A DNA stretch of 44,482 nucleotides from Octopus bimaculoides (GCF_001194135.2 NC_068998.1:10342731-10387212); one strand, 5' to 3'; shown: positions 1 through 12,799, counted from the first letter of the stretch. A program made the numbers and translations. Notes: generated by a model not told the origin, from the sequence alone.

Positions 1-74
1 AATAATATTAGGGATAATATATGTGACAGTGGATTTTCATCGATGAGTTCATAAACCTTGGTTCTTTTCCCTAA

Positions 75-114
<40 letters not shown>

Positions 115-321
115 GTATATACAATGTTCAGAAACTAAAAGGCAATCCAATTGTCTTCAAAAGCAAACAATATTATTTTGCCCAACTCTTTGATTATAAA
201 TGTTGCATATTTATTTACAGCCATTTAAAAAAAATTTTTTACATACATATATATTTGCTGAATATTTTCAATAAAATATCATTCAGTTTGTGTATTTGTA
301 AAATTCTTTTTCATCATACAG

Positions 322-411
322 AAAACGTTTGTCTTTGACTGCAACAAAGACACTTCTAAAGACGCATGCAATCAAACAACAACAACATAACTTACATAAG
401 ATGAATGCCAG
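322..411 (+). CDS. ITSN: Putative 90-nt symmetric (phase 2-2) intersectin linker exon, KRLSLTATKTLLKTHAIKQQQHNLHKMNA(S)
   Basis: Acceptor ttctttttcatcatacag| and donor CAG|gtattt. Only the phase-2 frame is open, and it joins in frame (AG+C=Ser) to the exon at 1919. I recognise no homology in the peptide. Confidence 0.5.
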
Positions 412-1654
412 GTATTTGTTGTATTGAATTCTAACACAAGGTCCTCTGTTGCAGTAACACAATAACACTATTACTACTACTATTTATTATTACTATCTAC
501 CAGCTAAACACTTCACTATTAATGCTGTTTCTTATACCAACTTACACATTTTTTTCCTGTTTTTGTTCATTTCTAAGTAAACCTTTCTTTCTTTTCTTTC
601 TTTCTTTCTTTTTTCTCCTTCTTGTTCATATGGTTCTTGGGTCTAACACTGCTTTCTGAAATAAATTAATAAATTCATCAGCCACATAGTGAAACCCCAT
701 TGGTTTTGTAATGCATTTTTCTGTGCAAATTTATTGGCAGCATAGTTTAAATATATATTGGTCTTTGAGAGTGGAATTATTTCATATGTAATTTTCTCTT
801 TGCAACTGGATTTATTTCAAATATATTGGTGTTTAGAGACTGGAATCATTTCAAATATTATTTCTCTTCTTGTTCTTGGTTATTCTTGGTGATATCACAT
901 CTGGCAATTTCTTAATATAAAATAATATAAGATATTGTAAGCAACAATTTGAGATAAATGTGCCTATTTCTCTTCCTTTTATCAAATTGGTTCTTATGAT
1001 ATCTAATGTCATTTTACATTGAAATCTGAGCTGACAATTGGTGCGTATTTCATTAACATGTCACCTTAAATGCTTTTTCTTATCAATTCTTTATTTATTT
1101 CAAAATATTTTTATTTTTCTTGGCTTATTTTCTAATCGTAATTTGCATGAGTTCAAGCTGTAGCAAACGGCTTTTCATATTTGAAATTTAAAAAAAATCA
1201 TTTTCGTTTTGTTTGAATAAAGTATTTTTCAAATCAGTTTTTAAAAATTTGAAAAAAAAAAAATTATTAAAAAATATATATTTTTTTTATGAAAGTGCTT
1301 GTTTGTATTCCTGAAATTGGCAAAATGAGAATTATAGCAGCTGGGAATGGGTGATATTGGTATACATAAAATGTCTTTCTTACATGCTCAGGATAACATA
1401 TTCTCTATAAATGATATGATTCTGGTCTTCAAATCCAGCAGGTTGGTTTATATCTCCACTCAAAAGATAAAATATGTATCAGAATCGAAAACCAGATATC
1501 AAATAGGTGTAGGTAGAATTGTGTCATCTAGATTTTTAATTTGTAACCATACGGTTCCAGGTTAAACAAACCAACACTGGTTGCTGAACAGTGAAGGAAC
1601 AAGCATAAAGTCACATGCACACACACGTATGGTGTTTTCATCTGGCACACGTTT

Positions 1655-1760
1655 CTCCAAGACATTGGTCACTCCATGAAGACACTTGTCCAAGGTGCCA
1701 TACAGTAGGGACAGAAATTGAATGCATGTGGCTGCACAATGAACTCCTTAAAAACACAAC
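1655..1760 (-). mobile_element. SINE family B head, decayed
   Basis: gacacttgtccaaggtgcca..cagtagggac is the reverse complement of the family head. Confidence 0.55.
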
Positions 1761-1918
1761 CTTGTTTGCTAATAAAGAACCTCTAAAATGAAATAAACGG
1801 AGAAAGAATTACAACTTCTTTCCTATTTCTGTGCCTTTTATATACTTACAGACTCTCATGAGGATCTTTCTTTTCTTTTCTTATTTCTTAATTTTTTTTT
1901 CTTGTTTTCTTTTGTTAG

Positions 1919-2007
1919 CTCACAAAATGAAATGGCCATTACAGAAGGCTCTACAGTGGAAGAAAACAAGTCAACTACTTCAGCAGAAAAGAAAGCTGAT
2001 ATGCCTG
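1919..2007 (+). CDS. ITSN: Intersectin linker exon upstream of SH3C (SQNEMAITEGSTVEENKSTTSAEKKADMP)
   Basis: Long polypyrimidine tract ending tttgttag| and donor CTG|gtagat. Ends in phase 1 (G), which joins TT at 2322 to give Val in frame with SH3C. Confidence 0.72.
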
Positions 2008-2014
2008 GTAGATA

Positions 2015-2295
2015 TAAATATATACCTATCTATATACCTGTCCATCCACCCATTCATCCTTTCATTAATCCACCTACCTCATCCATCCATGCACCCTTCT
2101 GTCCCTCCATTATCCTATCTACCTATCCATCTACCCATTCATCCACCCATTTGTCCATCCAGTCTTCTATCTACCTACCCATCCCCTCTGTCCATCTACC
2201 CATCTGTTCATTCATCTATCCATCCATCCATCCACCTTTTCACCCACATCTTATCTCTCTACCTTCCAGCCAACCAATCAATCAATCAATCAAAC
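2015..2295. repeat. Degenerate (CCAT/TCTA/CAAT)n tetranucleotide tract filling the 314-nt intron
   Basis: Direct reading. It accounts for the His/Pro/Ser/Ile-rich ORFs at 1831-2343. Confidence 0.9.
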
Positions 2296-2321
2296 ATCTA
2301 TTCTGTGTCTATTTCTTCCAG

Positions 2322-2491
2322 TTCAATATGTAGCGATGTATAATTACGTTTCTGATGAACCCTGTGATTTAACCTTTAACCAAGGAGATGTGATTACTGT
2401 TGTGGCAATGGAAGGTGACTGGTGGACTGGTACTATTGGCGATCGATCTGGAATATTTCCTGCTAACTATGTGAAGAAAATGGAAGTTCAG
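2322..2491 (+). CDS. ITSN: Intersectin SH3C exon ([57 protein letters not shown])
   Basis: Acceptor ttcttccag|, donor CAG|gtaagc. Complete SH3 motifs (AMY-Y, DLTF-GD, DWW-G, G-FP-NYV). Closely resembles vertebrate ITSN1 SH3C ([35 protein letters not shown]). Confidence 0.96.
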
Positions 2492-5400
2492 GTAAGCCCT
2501 GTTCCTTTCACTCTCTTCTTTTGATTTTTTATAAACTGGAATAAATATGAAACTGATGAATGTAGTAACAAGGATTTGCTTGGGTTATGCACAAGGCTAA
2601 GTCTTGTAAGAGAGAAATGTTTGTATGTGTATGTGTTCATATATATATGTGTATGTATATGTGTATGTATATGTGTAATATATGTGTGTATATGTAAATA
2701 TGTGTAATATATATGTGTGGGTATATGCACACAAACAAAGGTGGGTGGCAGAAACACTTTGTGGTCTTTAGATATCTTATGAGTTCAGATTCTGATTAGG
2801 TTCCCTTCAATTTTTTCATCCCTAAAAAAAAAAAATGGACTGCCCTATCTTACTGGATGTTACCAGACTCCTCCCCTGCCCTAGGTTCAGTGAAGAAGGA
2901 CCACTCATCCAAGCACTGCATGTGTGCAGGTTTATAGCTACAACTCAATGGTTACCTCCACACATTGTTTCTCTGCTCTCTCATTGCTGCAGGACTTTGG
3001 AAAGAAAAGAGACATTAAATGTACAACACAGAGACCTGAGTGGGAAAGTAGTATGGTGGGAAAGCCTTGGCACAAAGACAGTTTCATTCTCTTCGTCTCG
3101 GAAATCAGGGTTCACTGGCATGAAGATCTTCACAAATGGTGGCCTTTCTGGCTGCAGGGGTTGCTGGCCAATAGATTGGATAAATCCTTTTCATTGACCA
3201 CTTTTGTAACTCCAGCTCTGGATTTCTTCTCTGGGTTAATTCCCATAATCTTTCACAAAGTTGGATGTAGCTGCAAGGCAGCAGAGGTTTTATACCAGAG
3301 TTTTCCTTCTCCATCTTACATTCACTAAAAAGATAAATATATCATGGAAGCAATATCCGAAAAAGAACAAAAAAAAAAACAAACATTTGTACAGACATAA
3401 AAACAGAAAATTAGGAACAGATTCTTGTAGACTTAATGTTATTTAGTTAATAACTTTCATTCATATAAATTTTATGACCAGTTATCACATTGTTGACAAA
3501 TATGAATTAGTTGTTAATGAAGTTTTATGATGGTATTAAATTGTTAATGTGTGGTACCATGAATGTGTGGTACCATGTCATCAACCCTGATCAGGACCTG
3601 TTATCAAAGGTGCTCTGGCTGTAGCCATCCAGTCCTATCTGACTTATGCTATAATGGGAAAATGGATGTAAAATATGATGGTGATGATGATGATCTAGGG
3701 TTACATTATCCAGTGTATCCTTACTATCCAGTAGAATGTAATTTGAGGAAGATTTGGCTGCTATTTCTAACTGGCCAAGCAACTACATGGGAACCTTCCT
3801 CCTTGATTCTTTAAGTGTGTAGTTATTTGTTTAGCCCTAGGTCACTTCTGATTGAGTACACTTATAATCGAAAGTGTTCTCTCTCTGACCATTTCATTCC
3901 TTTTGTATATCTGGGACTAGATAATCCTAAGTATCCTTCCTTCATTATTTTTTCCCCTTGGAATGTTAGGGTGTGATTTCAAGCAAATTGTTGCTCGTTT
4001 TGGTCGGTCAACTACCTGAATAGACACAACTTTGAGATTGATTCTTTTGGTTGTTTTGAGACTTAAGGATAAATTACTCAGTTCTTTCAGACAGCTTGAC
4101 AATCTCAGCCATTCTTAGTTGATAGTATAAACTGAAGGTAGCAGTGTTTAAAATCGTTTAGTCATTCATCTTATCAGTGGTCCAAGATTTTAAGCCATAA
4201 CGAGAAACAAATTGCTCTTGTTAAATTATTAGTTTGAAATCAGAATGATTGTTGATGATATAAAAGCAACATGGGTCTTTGTTTTCTTTTGTTTTTTTCT
4301 AAGTAAGGAATGAAAGAGTACATAAGTGTGAGGGGAAATTATTGTACATTGTATGTGAGAAAGAAGGGATGCAAAAGCACTTGGATTTGCGAGATATTTA
4401 CTGAGTAAAGATGTTTGATATGGAATTTGAAAAGCTGGAGGTCACAGTGTTCATACTGGAAAACTGGGGGGTCTCCAAAAATCTTCTTTAATGTTTTTCA
4501 AAGATACGAAAATGACAGAATTTGATAATGTGGTGCCTAAAGAGCATGCTTGCTGCATAGTAGCAATGAAATTCTTTCAACTGTTAAGTCTTTGAGTAAC
4601 ATTCTGATTGTGATGTGCTTTGCCATTTGTTTCGCGACTTCTCTGTGAGCTTCAAGCCTAAACAAATAATCTCAGTCAGTTTTGCTGCCTTGACCATGCT
4701 AAAACGGAAACTATGTTGAATCTTTGTGATCTTTGTTTTGTATGTATTATGTTTTTTTTTTTTTTGTTATTTTGTTTTTGTATCTTACAATTAATTTTCA
4801 AACATGTGATATTTGAATCTCTAAGTTAATTTTAAATTGCTTACCTGTATGTGCGTGCGTGTGCGCATGCATATATGTGTGTGTGTGTGTGTGTATGTGG
4901 AAATATCTATGCATGTGTGTTGTGTATGTCTATATGTGTTTATAAGTATGTGTGCATATTCACATGTATATGTGTACATGTACACATATATATGCATACA
5001 TATACACATGTATATATACACATACATATGTTTTTATATACACACACACATATATATGTGTGTATATTCACAGATAAATATATGTATAATTTAAGTGTGA
5101 TTTGCACATTTTCTTTTTGTGTCAATTTTATTATTACTATTGTAGTGCTTTGATTATATATTTTTTTAAAATTAATGTTCATTATCAGCCACCTTTCGTT
5201 AAGTTTAGTCCTTGTTACATAATTTAAGTGTAAGTTGTAAATTATATATTATATGTTATGCTTGTTCTTTGCACTTGATATTTCTTATGATGTTTTGGTA
5301 CATTATAAAGTGTATTGATTTAAACCTCACCTGTTTTTTTTTTTTTCGTTTTGTTTTCTCTCTAGTAAGGTGTACCTCTTGTATATGTAATGTGGTTTCA

Positions 5401-5714
5401 AAGTTTAGTTCAGTATTATCCCATCTCACCCTCTGTTAACCTTTGGTTTAATAATCATTGTAGCTGTTTAGCTTAAGGAGCAGAACATTAAATTATTATT
5501 CCCCCAAAATGAGAGGTGTATTGTCTGTTGACTAATATCTGATTACATTCTTCCGAAAGCTATTTATTAAATTTTGACTTATGTATGTATCATGGGTCCG
5601 AGAAAGTTACGGAATGTTGCACAGGCTCTCAGCTCTAAATACACTACTTGTGAAAGCAGAAGCAGCTGTAAGCTAATGGAGGTGATTACACGACTCCTGT
5701 TTTTTATCATTCAT

Positions 5715-5763
<49 letters not shown>

Positions 5764-6921
5764 TTTCTAACATTGTAAAACACAGTGGGTTTTGTTCTGA
5801 AGATATAAGACAATGATATTGAGCGCAAGGTGTTTGGGAGCATAACAAGCAAAACTAAACAAAGTGTGCCTAGGGGTTCGAGGCGTTGGGTTTATGTTCT
5901 AAAGATTCTGGGTTCCAATCTTGAATCAGACAGCATATTGTCTCCTTTGTTTTGTGTTGCTTCGGTTTACTCAGCTGAATATGAGTACCAACTGAGTGCT
6001 TGTGTAGCTTTCTCTCTTTCAAATTGTTAGATCGTTAATGTTCTGCTCAATCAAAATTTGCAAGGTCTGTGAGGGTGCCTATGTCTGTTCATGAATACAT
6101 AGACACTGGAAACAATTAGTAAATGCCTTGTACATGATTCCCAGGTTTAACTCATTTCTGAGTGATAGCTATGATATATTTTTTTTATTTTTTTTTTTTT
6201 ATTTGACACATTTGGTGGAGGAAGAGAATATTAGCAAAATTTCAGAAATTTTCTTTTTTCATCTTGAATGTATATTTGAGACTTTGTCATTACCCATGCA
6301 AACGAAAAACAGAACTTAATTCACAATCTTTCACATCAAAATTTAAGTTGGAAGGTTGGTAATAAAAACATGAAGGACAGGAACAGAGGATTTCAAGTGT
6401 TGTCAAGACAAATAGTATTGTAACAAATCTAATGGCTAGATATGAATTAAAAGGATTTAATGAAACAAAATTCTAATTGTCTCCTTTCAATATATCAGCA
6501 TTTATTAGACAATAATAGTTTACTTAAATACATATTCAGATTTGTAAATAATTCACTAATTCATAGACGTTACGAATCTAAAACATCAATATTCTTTGGA
6601 AACCTTTAAATGACTTTTGTGACAGATTTGTAAAATGCTGAATGTTCCATTTCTCCATTGAATGTGTCATTTGAATAGCAGTAATTAATAAGAAGAGAGA
6701 GATTCCAACTACAGCATTGGAAGAAGGTGTCTATGTATGAACTTGGGAACTTTAGAGTGTTTTACAATATGCTGTATATGCGGGGTGCTGAACATTTAGT
6801 TACTATATTTGAGGATGGTGTGTTTTTTTAGTGATAAAATCATTATAAATGAAAGCGATTAAGGCTCAAATAAATATTCAATTCTTTCGTTGGTTTCAGT
6901 GTTTAAAAAATTTGTCATTCC

Positions 6922-7155
6922 TTAACCGTTTAGCATTCAAATTTTTCTGCCAAATATAATGCTTGTTTATTCAAATTATTTTGAAGAAACCATTACATTA
7001 TCTTGTAGCTTTGAACTTTCAGTGATATGGTTGTTCATTTTTAGAATGGCATAACATTGTAGGGTGGGTTTGCTAGGCCAGATCTGGCTGCTTTGAACAT
7101 CCAACAGGTAGAATGTTTGGGTCTGATATAGCTGATGTAAATACTAAAGGATTAA
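6922..7155. mobile_element. TTAA-bounded MITE family 1 (piggyBac-like), copy 1
   Basis: ttaaccgtttagcattc...aaatactaaaggattaa, 234 bp, collinear with copies at 10249, 33418 and 35755. Confidence 0.65.
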
Positions 7156-7730
7156 AACAGTGACTATTAATCCTTTGGAAACTACCCTGCCTGAAACTGC
7201 TTCTAATTATATGGTAGATGTTATCCATTTTAAAGAGCTTATTTATTGTCAGTCTTAAATTGAAACGTTCTACTGTAATTTTGTTTAATCTATTTTTTTT
7301 GTTCAAAACACTAGATTAATAACAATAATAGAAAAATAATAATAGACTAAGTTAAATCTCTTTAAATTACTGATTATTTCAAAATTAATTGCAACATATA
7401 AGTAGTGTATTGAGTTCATTAGAAAATATTTTAAAGAAATTCATTGTCAAACAGAATACAATCTTTTTTTTTTTTTTTTTGAGATTGAAAACTAAAAATG
7501 CAACTCAGGACTGAAACAAAGGCATTTAGATCTGTCTTTTCCCTTCTTCCTTACTTCAACATCACTACTAATAAGATAGTCTGCATAGTATTCCATGTGT
7601 GTGTGTTTGTGTATGTATACATACAAACACATACATACATGTGTGTATATATGTATATACACACATGCACATATATATACATGTGCGTGTGTATGTGTAT
7701 ATATTATATGTATGTATGTATGTATATAGA

Positions 7731-7941
7731 CGAAGATGTGCTGAAATGTTCCTGGCTTTAGGGGTTTCATGAAAGACTTGGTTGGAGGCTTAACCTCCTG
7801 AGTTCTTTTACAGAGCTTAGTAAAACTGAAAGACCACTGCAAGAAGTCTGTGAATCTGGGAGGGAAAATATATTGAATAAAAACCATAATTAACTGATCC
7901 TCCTGTATTTTTACCCGAAGTTGGGAACTTTCCAGCATACC

Positions 7942-7945
<4 letters not shown>
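7731..7945 (+). mobile_element. Internally deleted mariner-type MITE
   Basis: Imperfect ~28-bp TIRs (cgaagatgtgctgaaatgttcctggctt / gaagttgggaactttccagcataccctca) with TA on the right. The interior encodes a decayed mariner C-terminus LKDHCKKSVNLGGKYIE*. Confidence 0.7.
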
Positions 7946-7983
<38 letters not shown>

Positions 7984-8079
7984 NNNNNNNNNNNNNNNNN
8001 NNNNNNNNNNNNNNNNNNNNNNNNNNNNNNNNNNNNNNNNNNNNNNNNNNNNNNNNNNNNNNNNNNNNNNNNNNNNNNN

Positions 8080-8168
<89 letters not shown>

Positions 8169-8492
8169 TACATATATATATACACATACATACATATATA
8201 TACACACACATATATATATATATACACACGTACATACATATATGTGCATATATATAGATTTTAGTGTGTGTGTGTATATATATCCCATCTAACAATGAAT
8301 TCTGTCCCTCTACATAAAGCTTATTATTGTAGCTCGTTCCCTAACTAGTTAGTCGCACATTTTGACCTCTCTTCTCCCACATCTGTTGTCAGCCATGGCA
8401 ATTTCTTCCATTTTTTTTTTTTTTTTTTCATTTTTTTTTTTGTACTGGGCTGTTCTCCATTTACTAAGTTTGCTGTTTTTGTGATATAATAG

Positions 8493-8658
8493 GAAGATTT
8501 CGGAGGTGTCCTAGAGACTGTTGCGACCACAAGTATCATGCCTGAATTGGCTGTGGCCCCGGCTGGGGATAGTACAACCAATGAGAAAGCCACTGTGATT
8601 GATGACCAAAATGACCTCTCTGTGCAACAGTCACAAACTCCACCCGTTGTTGATGATG
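8493..8658 (+). CDS. ITSN: Putative alternative intersectin SH3C-SH3D linker exon (EDFGGVLETVATTSIMPELAVAPAGDSTTNEKATVIDDQNDLSVQQSQTPPVVDD), phase 0-1, GC donor
   Basis: GC-richer coding-like island in AT-rich intron. Acceptor gctgtttttgtgatataatag|. Only the phase-0 frame is open, matching the SH3C donor. Best donor is ATG|gcatgt (GC-AG type), whose terminal G joins AA at 20301 to give the conserved Glu. Confidence 0.55.
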
Positions 8659-9081
8659 GCATGTTGTCTGTGTGTACCTTAACTTACTCTCTCTGCAACT
8701 ACTAATAATCTTTCTCCTACTCTACCCCTTTTGCTTTCTCACTTGCTCTCCCCGTCTCCCTTATGGATGCTTTCCTCCTCTTACTAATTCATCTTAGACC
8801 TTTTGTCAATGTTACCCTTGCTGTTTACAGTTTTGCTTATTGATGACATCATCATCGTCGTCATAATCATCGTCATCATCATCATCATCAACATCAGTAG
8901 CTGAATGATTTACAGTACACCTTGTCTTTCATCTCTCTCTCTCTCTCTGGGAGTTGATTAGTCAAGAACTGGGGTTGATGGTTTAAGCTAAATCTCTCCC
9001 CTCAAAATTGCTGGCCTTTTTCTAAATCGGAATCCATTACTATTATTATTATTATTATTGCTATTGTTGTTATTGTTATTG

Positions 9082-9290
9082 AAGGCAAAAATCCTCTGGG
9101 ACTTTGACTTCCAGACAGGCAAAGTTTTAGAACACCAATGGCTGGATATAGTATCCTTTAAGAGTGCCTAATAACTGTTATGGTAGTGCCTGGAGATCAA
9201 CATATTGTCATGAAAGAAAGAGAAAAGGTTGACAAATATGGAGATCTGAAAATTGAGATTACCAAGATGTAGTCGATGTCATTGACAAGC
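9082..9290 (+). mobile_element. Decayed RLE-type (R4/Dong-like) non-LTR retrotransposon endonuclease fragment
   Basis: Translates, with one frameshift, as KAKILWDFDFQTGKVLEHQWLDIVSFK/CLITVMVVPGDQHIVMKEREKVDKYGDLKIEITKM*. This matches the ILWD..QTD..LEH.RPDI..D..VP.D....KE.EK..KY.DL..E pattern. Confidence 0.75.
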
Positions 9291-9837
9291 TCCATTCCTG
9301 CCACACTCCAGGCCTTGTACCTATTGTGGAAAGGATTGTTATCATTTATTTCTTGTAGTTTTACATTCTTAGTTTGAATCCCATCAAGGATAACTTTGCC
9401 CTTTATTCTTTCTGAGTCACTTAAAGTAGGTACCAGTTGAGCACTGGTGTCGAATAATCCATGAGATCTTATCCCCAAAGTTTCAGGTCTTATGCCTATA
9501 GTAGAAAGAATTATTATTGTTACTATTATTATTGTAAGCTAGAGTTTTTATAGAAATGTATCAGAAATAATGCATTTCTCATAGCTCACCTTCAACAGTT
9601 CTATGGCAGATGTTCTTGACCATTCAAGCTTTCAGTTCCTTGGTGGTGTCTGTCTTAATGCTACCTTTGGTATTCTGTCCTGGCCATCTGAGCCATTGGT
9701 ATTTAATTTCAAAGACCATACAATTGAACCAAGTGTGTAGCATCACCCCTCATTTAATAGTTTGTTGTGCTGGAAAATGCAGCAGATTTTTCTCGGGCAT
9801 TTATTGTGGGAACCCTTTTTCAAATGTTCTTGATCTA

Positions 9838-10030
9838 GTGGTTTGAGTATTGCACTCCTGGATGTAAGATTGTAGTTTCAGTTCCTAGACTGGACAATGG
9901 AGTGTGTTCTTGAGCAGAGCACTTCATCTCATGTCGTTCCAATTCACTCAGCTGTAATTGAGCTCCAGCAACAGTTGAGAAGTTAACCTTCCAATGGACT
10001 AGCATCTCTTTCAGGAGGTAGTGTTGTTAC
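9838..10030 (+). mobile_element. SINE family C, decayed
   Basis: ctagtggtttgagtattgcactc..gtaagattgtagtttcagttcctagac..gtgttcttgagcagagcacttc. Confidence 0.65.
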
Positions 10031-10248
10031 ATATACTGGGTTAAGCCCCAGTTTTCTCATCCCTAGGTCTTGTGATTGATATTAGTCTAAGTCACATATT
10101 TGACTTGATGTATCTGGGCCTGGATAAAAAAAACAACAAAACAAAAATTAGCGTACTAATTTAGTTCAATACTATGCCTGCTCCCCTTTAAAAAGGAAAA
10201 AAAAATTTCTTTTTTGCCTGTTTCTGCTTATTCTGCCTGAATATTAAC

Positions 10249-10482
10249 TTAACCCTTTAACATTCAGATTCCTCTTACTCTGTCGCATGTAATGTTTATT
10301 CATTCACATCGTTTTGAATTAATCATGCATTAACTTGTAGCCATGAGATTTCAATGATGTGATTATTTATTATTAGAATGATGTTGTAGGATAGGTATGA
10401 GAGGCTGGATCTAGTCGCTTCACATATGAATCAAGTTGAATATTTGGGCCGGATATGACCAGTTTAAATTTTAATGGGTTAA
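10249..10482. mobile_element. TTAA-bounded MITE family 1, copy 2
   Basis: ttaaccctttaacattc...tttaaattttaatgggttaa, 234 bp, TTAA-CCC / GGG-TTAA ends. Confidence 0.7.
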
Positions 10483-10994
10483 AAATGCAAATTTCTTTGG
10501 AATTTTCAGCCTCTCAGACTATTAGACTATGAGTATGTATTTCTTTTCATCAAACAAGTGGAACATTGCTGAAGCTATTGATAGATCCATCTTATATAAA
10601 TTTCAATATTTCTCTCAGACACTGCAATATGAAGAACCTGGTGTTAAAACTCCATATACATATGCTTCAGAATGAAACATTACTTGAGTACAGAGCAGTT
10701 ATAAGGAATTGGGATGACAATGGAATAAACAATTGCTATGAACTTCATTAACTTACATGTATATACTTGTATTACATGTATATACATAAATATAAATGTT
10801 TTCCTAAATAAATTGCATTTCATGTTTGAAGCTCTGATGAAACTATAGGGCGATATTCAAGCATCCAGCTATGAGTGCATTGCATCTTATAGTAGAAACA
10901 ACTGTAAGCTAATGGAGTTCATAACATATTTATTTATTCCTTTGTCATCCCATACATACATACATACATACATACAAACAAACAAACAATGGCT

Positions 10995-11322
10995 TCTGTG
11001 GGGGAACTGATCAAAGGCTAACGATCTGTTGGAGGACAGAGGAAAAGAAACAAAAATCAAGTTGCTACCACCCTGTGGAAATGCACAATTCCTCCTATAG
11101 ATCTGGTGACTCTTGCTGTGGATCAAAAGAAATGGCAAACCATCTGTCATCAAACTTGTGAAACTGTCAAGACAAGGCATCATCAATGGCTCAGTGAGCA
11201 TGAAATGAGCTGTGGATGCTGCTAGATCACCTCCAATGCCCAGCTCATCAGTTCCTTGTCCAACCTGTGGAAAACTCTGCAATTTCGTTTTTGGTCTTCA
11301 CACACATTAGTATGTTCACTAA
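10995..11322 (+). mobile_element. Decayed RTE-clade LINE 3' fragment with terminal C2H2-like finger
   Basis: LWGELIKG*RSVGGQRKRNKNQ..LAVDQKKWQ, then frameshifted VPCPTCGKLCNFVFGLHTH*YVH*. Matches the RTE C-terminal GEL..G.R..GGQ.KR motif and the CP.CG..C...GL.SH.R.H finger. Confidence 0.75.
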
Positions 11323-11571
11323 CTGTGTTTGGCACCAACTTGAAGGGATGTTGGTGTCCTCAGAGCTAAGCACCTCTAAGCTAGCCAAAATAGCTATATA
11401 TATATATATATATATATATATNNNNNNNNNNATATATATATATATATATATTGGTTTATTCTGTTTTTCCATGCTGACATGGGTTGAGCAAGCCTGGTCA
11501 CCACACTTTCACCACTTGTCATGGTGCTTTGTCATCTTTGTTTTATTTCTAGATGACAATATTATGCATGT

Positions 11572-11614
<43 letters not shown>

Positions 11615-12321
11615 CAGAATGGTGAAATGATGGTCATACTATACATAGACATAGTAAAGGATGTGATGGTTGCAATTCAATTTTGAATAGTGCCATCCCT
11701 TGATGGCTCTCTCTCAAAAGCAGCTTGGACGTGACTTTTCGGTCCTGCTGGGGATCCGTACCATTTTGCACTGTTAAAGATGTGGTAATGAAGAGCACCT
11801 CCTGCAACAGGCGTTCAGAAAACTTACCACTCTTGCTGATACATATTTTTATTCCATCATGGAATTTTACATTGAGTGTTTTACCTCCTTTGGTTATGGC
11901 CATGCATAATATGTAATACATAATAATAAGAGATACATACCTATATATATATATATATATACATGAAGTTGTTATATATGTTTTGAATAATGAATTTCAA
12001 AATCTCTGACTTGCCAAACATTTTGTTTGATGAAGTTTATTCATGATAAGCTGGTCATTCTCATTCTCCGCTCTTTCCCTTTCAGAACCAATTTCCTTTT
12101 TCTCCCCCCCCCCCCACCTCCATGTGCTGTACTTATCATTTTTATCTCTTTCTCTCTCTCTCTCTCTCTCTCTGCTCCCCTTATCTTATTCTTACCTTTT
12201 CAGCCTGTTTGTTATTTCTCCAGTCCATCCTGCTGTCTATCCTACCCACTTCTGCCTCCCTATATTTTATTTTATTTTATTGTTTCATTTATTAGATGTG
12301 GCTTTTGTTGTTGGATATTTT

Positions 12322-12799
12322 TTTTTGATTTATATATAAAAAAAAAATTGTTTTTTCTTTTTTTTTTGCATGATTTATTTTTATTTTTGCCTGTCTTTCA
12401 TTTGCTTTTGTTACCATTTTTGAATAGTTAAGTTTTTTTTTTTTTTACATCTTAAATTATTACTTTTTTTTTTTTTGCAACTGATGATTTTTTTAACCAA
12501 GATAAAAATATAATGGTTATGGCACTGGATGGCAGAATTGGTAATGTCATTGAATNNNNNNNNNNTTTTTGATTTATATATAAAAAAAAAATTGTTTTTT
12601 CTTTTTTTTTTGCATGATTTATTTTTATTTTTGCCTGTCTTTCATTTGCTTTTGTTACCATTTTTGAATAGTTAAGTTTTTTTTTTTTTTACATCTTAAA
12701 TTATTACTTTTTTTTTTTTTGCAACTGATGATTTTTTTAACCAAGATAAAAATATAATGGTTATGGCACTGGATGGCAGAATTGGTAATGTCATTGAAT
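12322..12799. other. 234-bp direct duplication across a 10-N gap (probable scaffolding artefact)
   Basis: 12322-12555 and 12566-12799 are essentially identical apart from homopolymer lengths and are separated only by 10 N. Confidence 0.85.

Noticed and set aside
2353-2359. CTGATGA hammerhead-core heptamer (also at about 10834, 12481 and 32836)
   Set aside because: No downstream GAAA with compatible stems. The 2353 copy is simply SH3C coding sequence (SDE).
4838-4846. Perfect minus-strand donor CAG|gtaagc suggesting an antisense gene
   Set aside because: The upstream minus-strand sequence is microsatellite with no acceptor or meaningful frame.
12027-12431. 134-aa and 98-aa + strand ORFs
   Set aside because: Translations of pyrimidine/poly-T low-complexity sequence.
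12322-12799. 234-bp tandem duplication as a biological repeat
   Set aside because: Two near-identical copies flanking a 10-N placeholder gap are typical of unmerged contig overlap.
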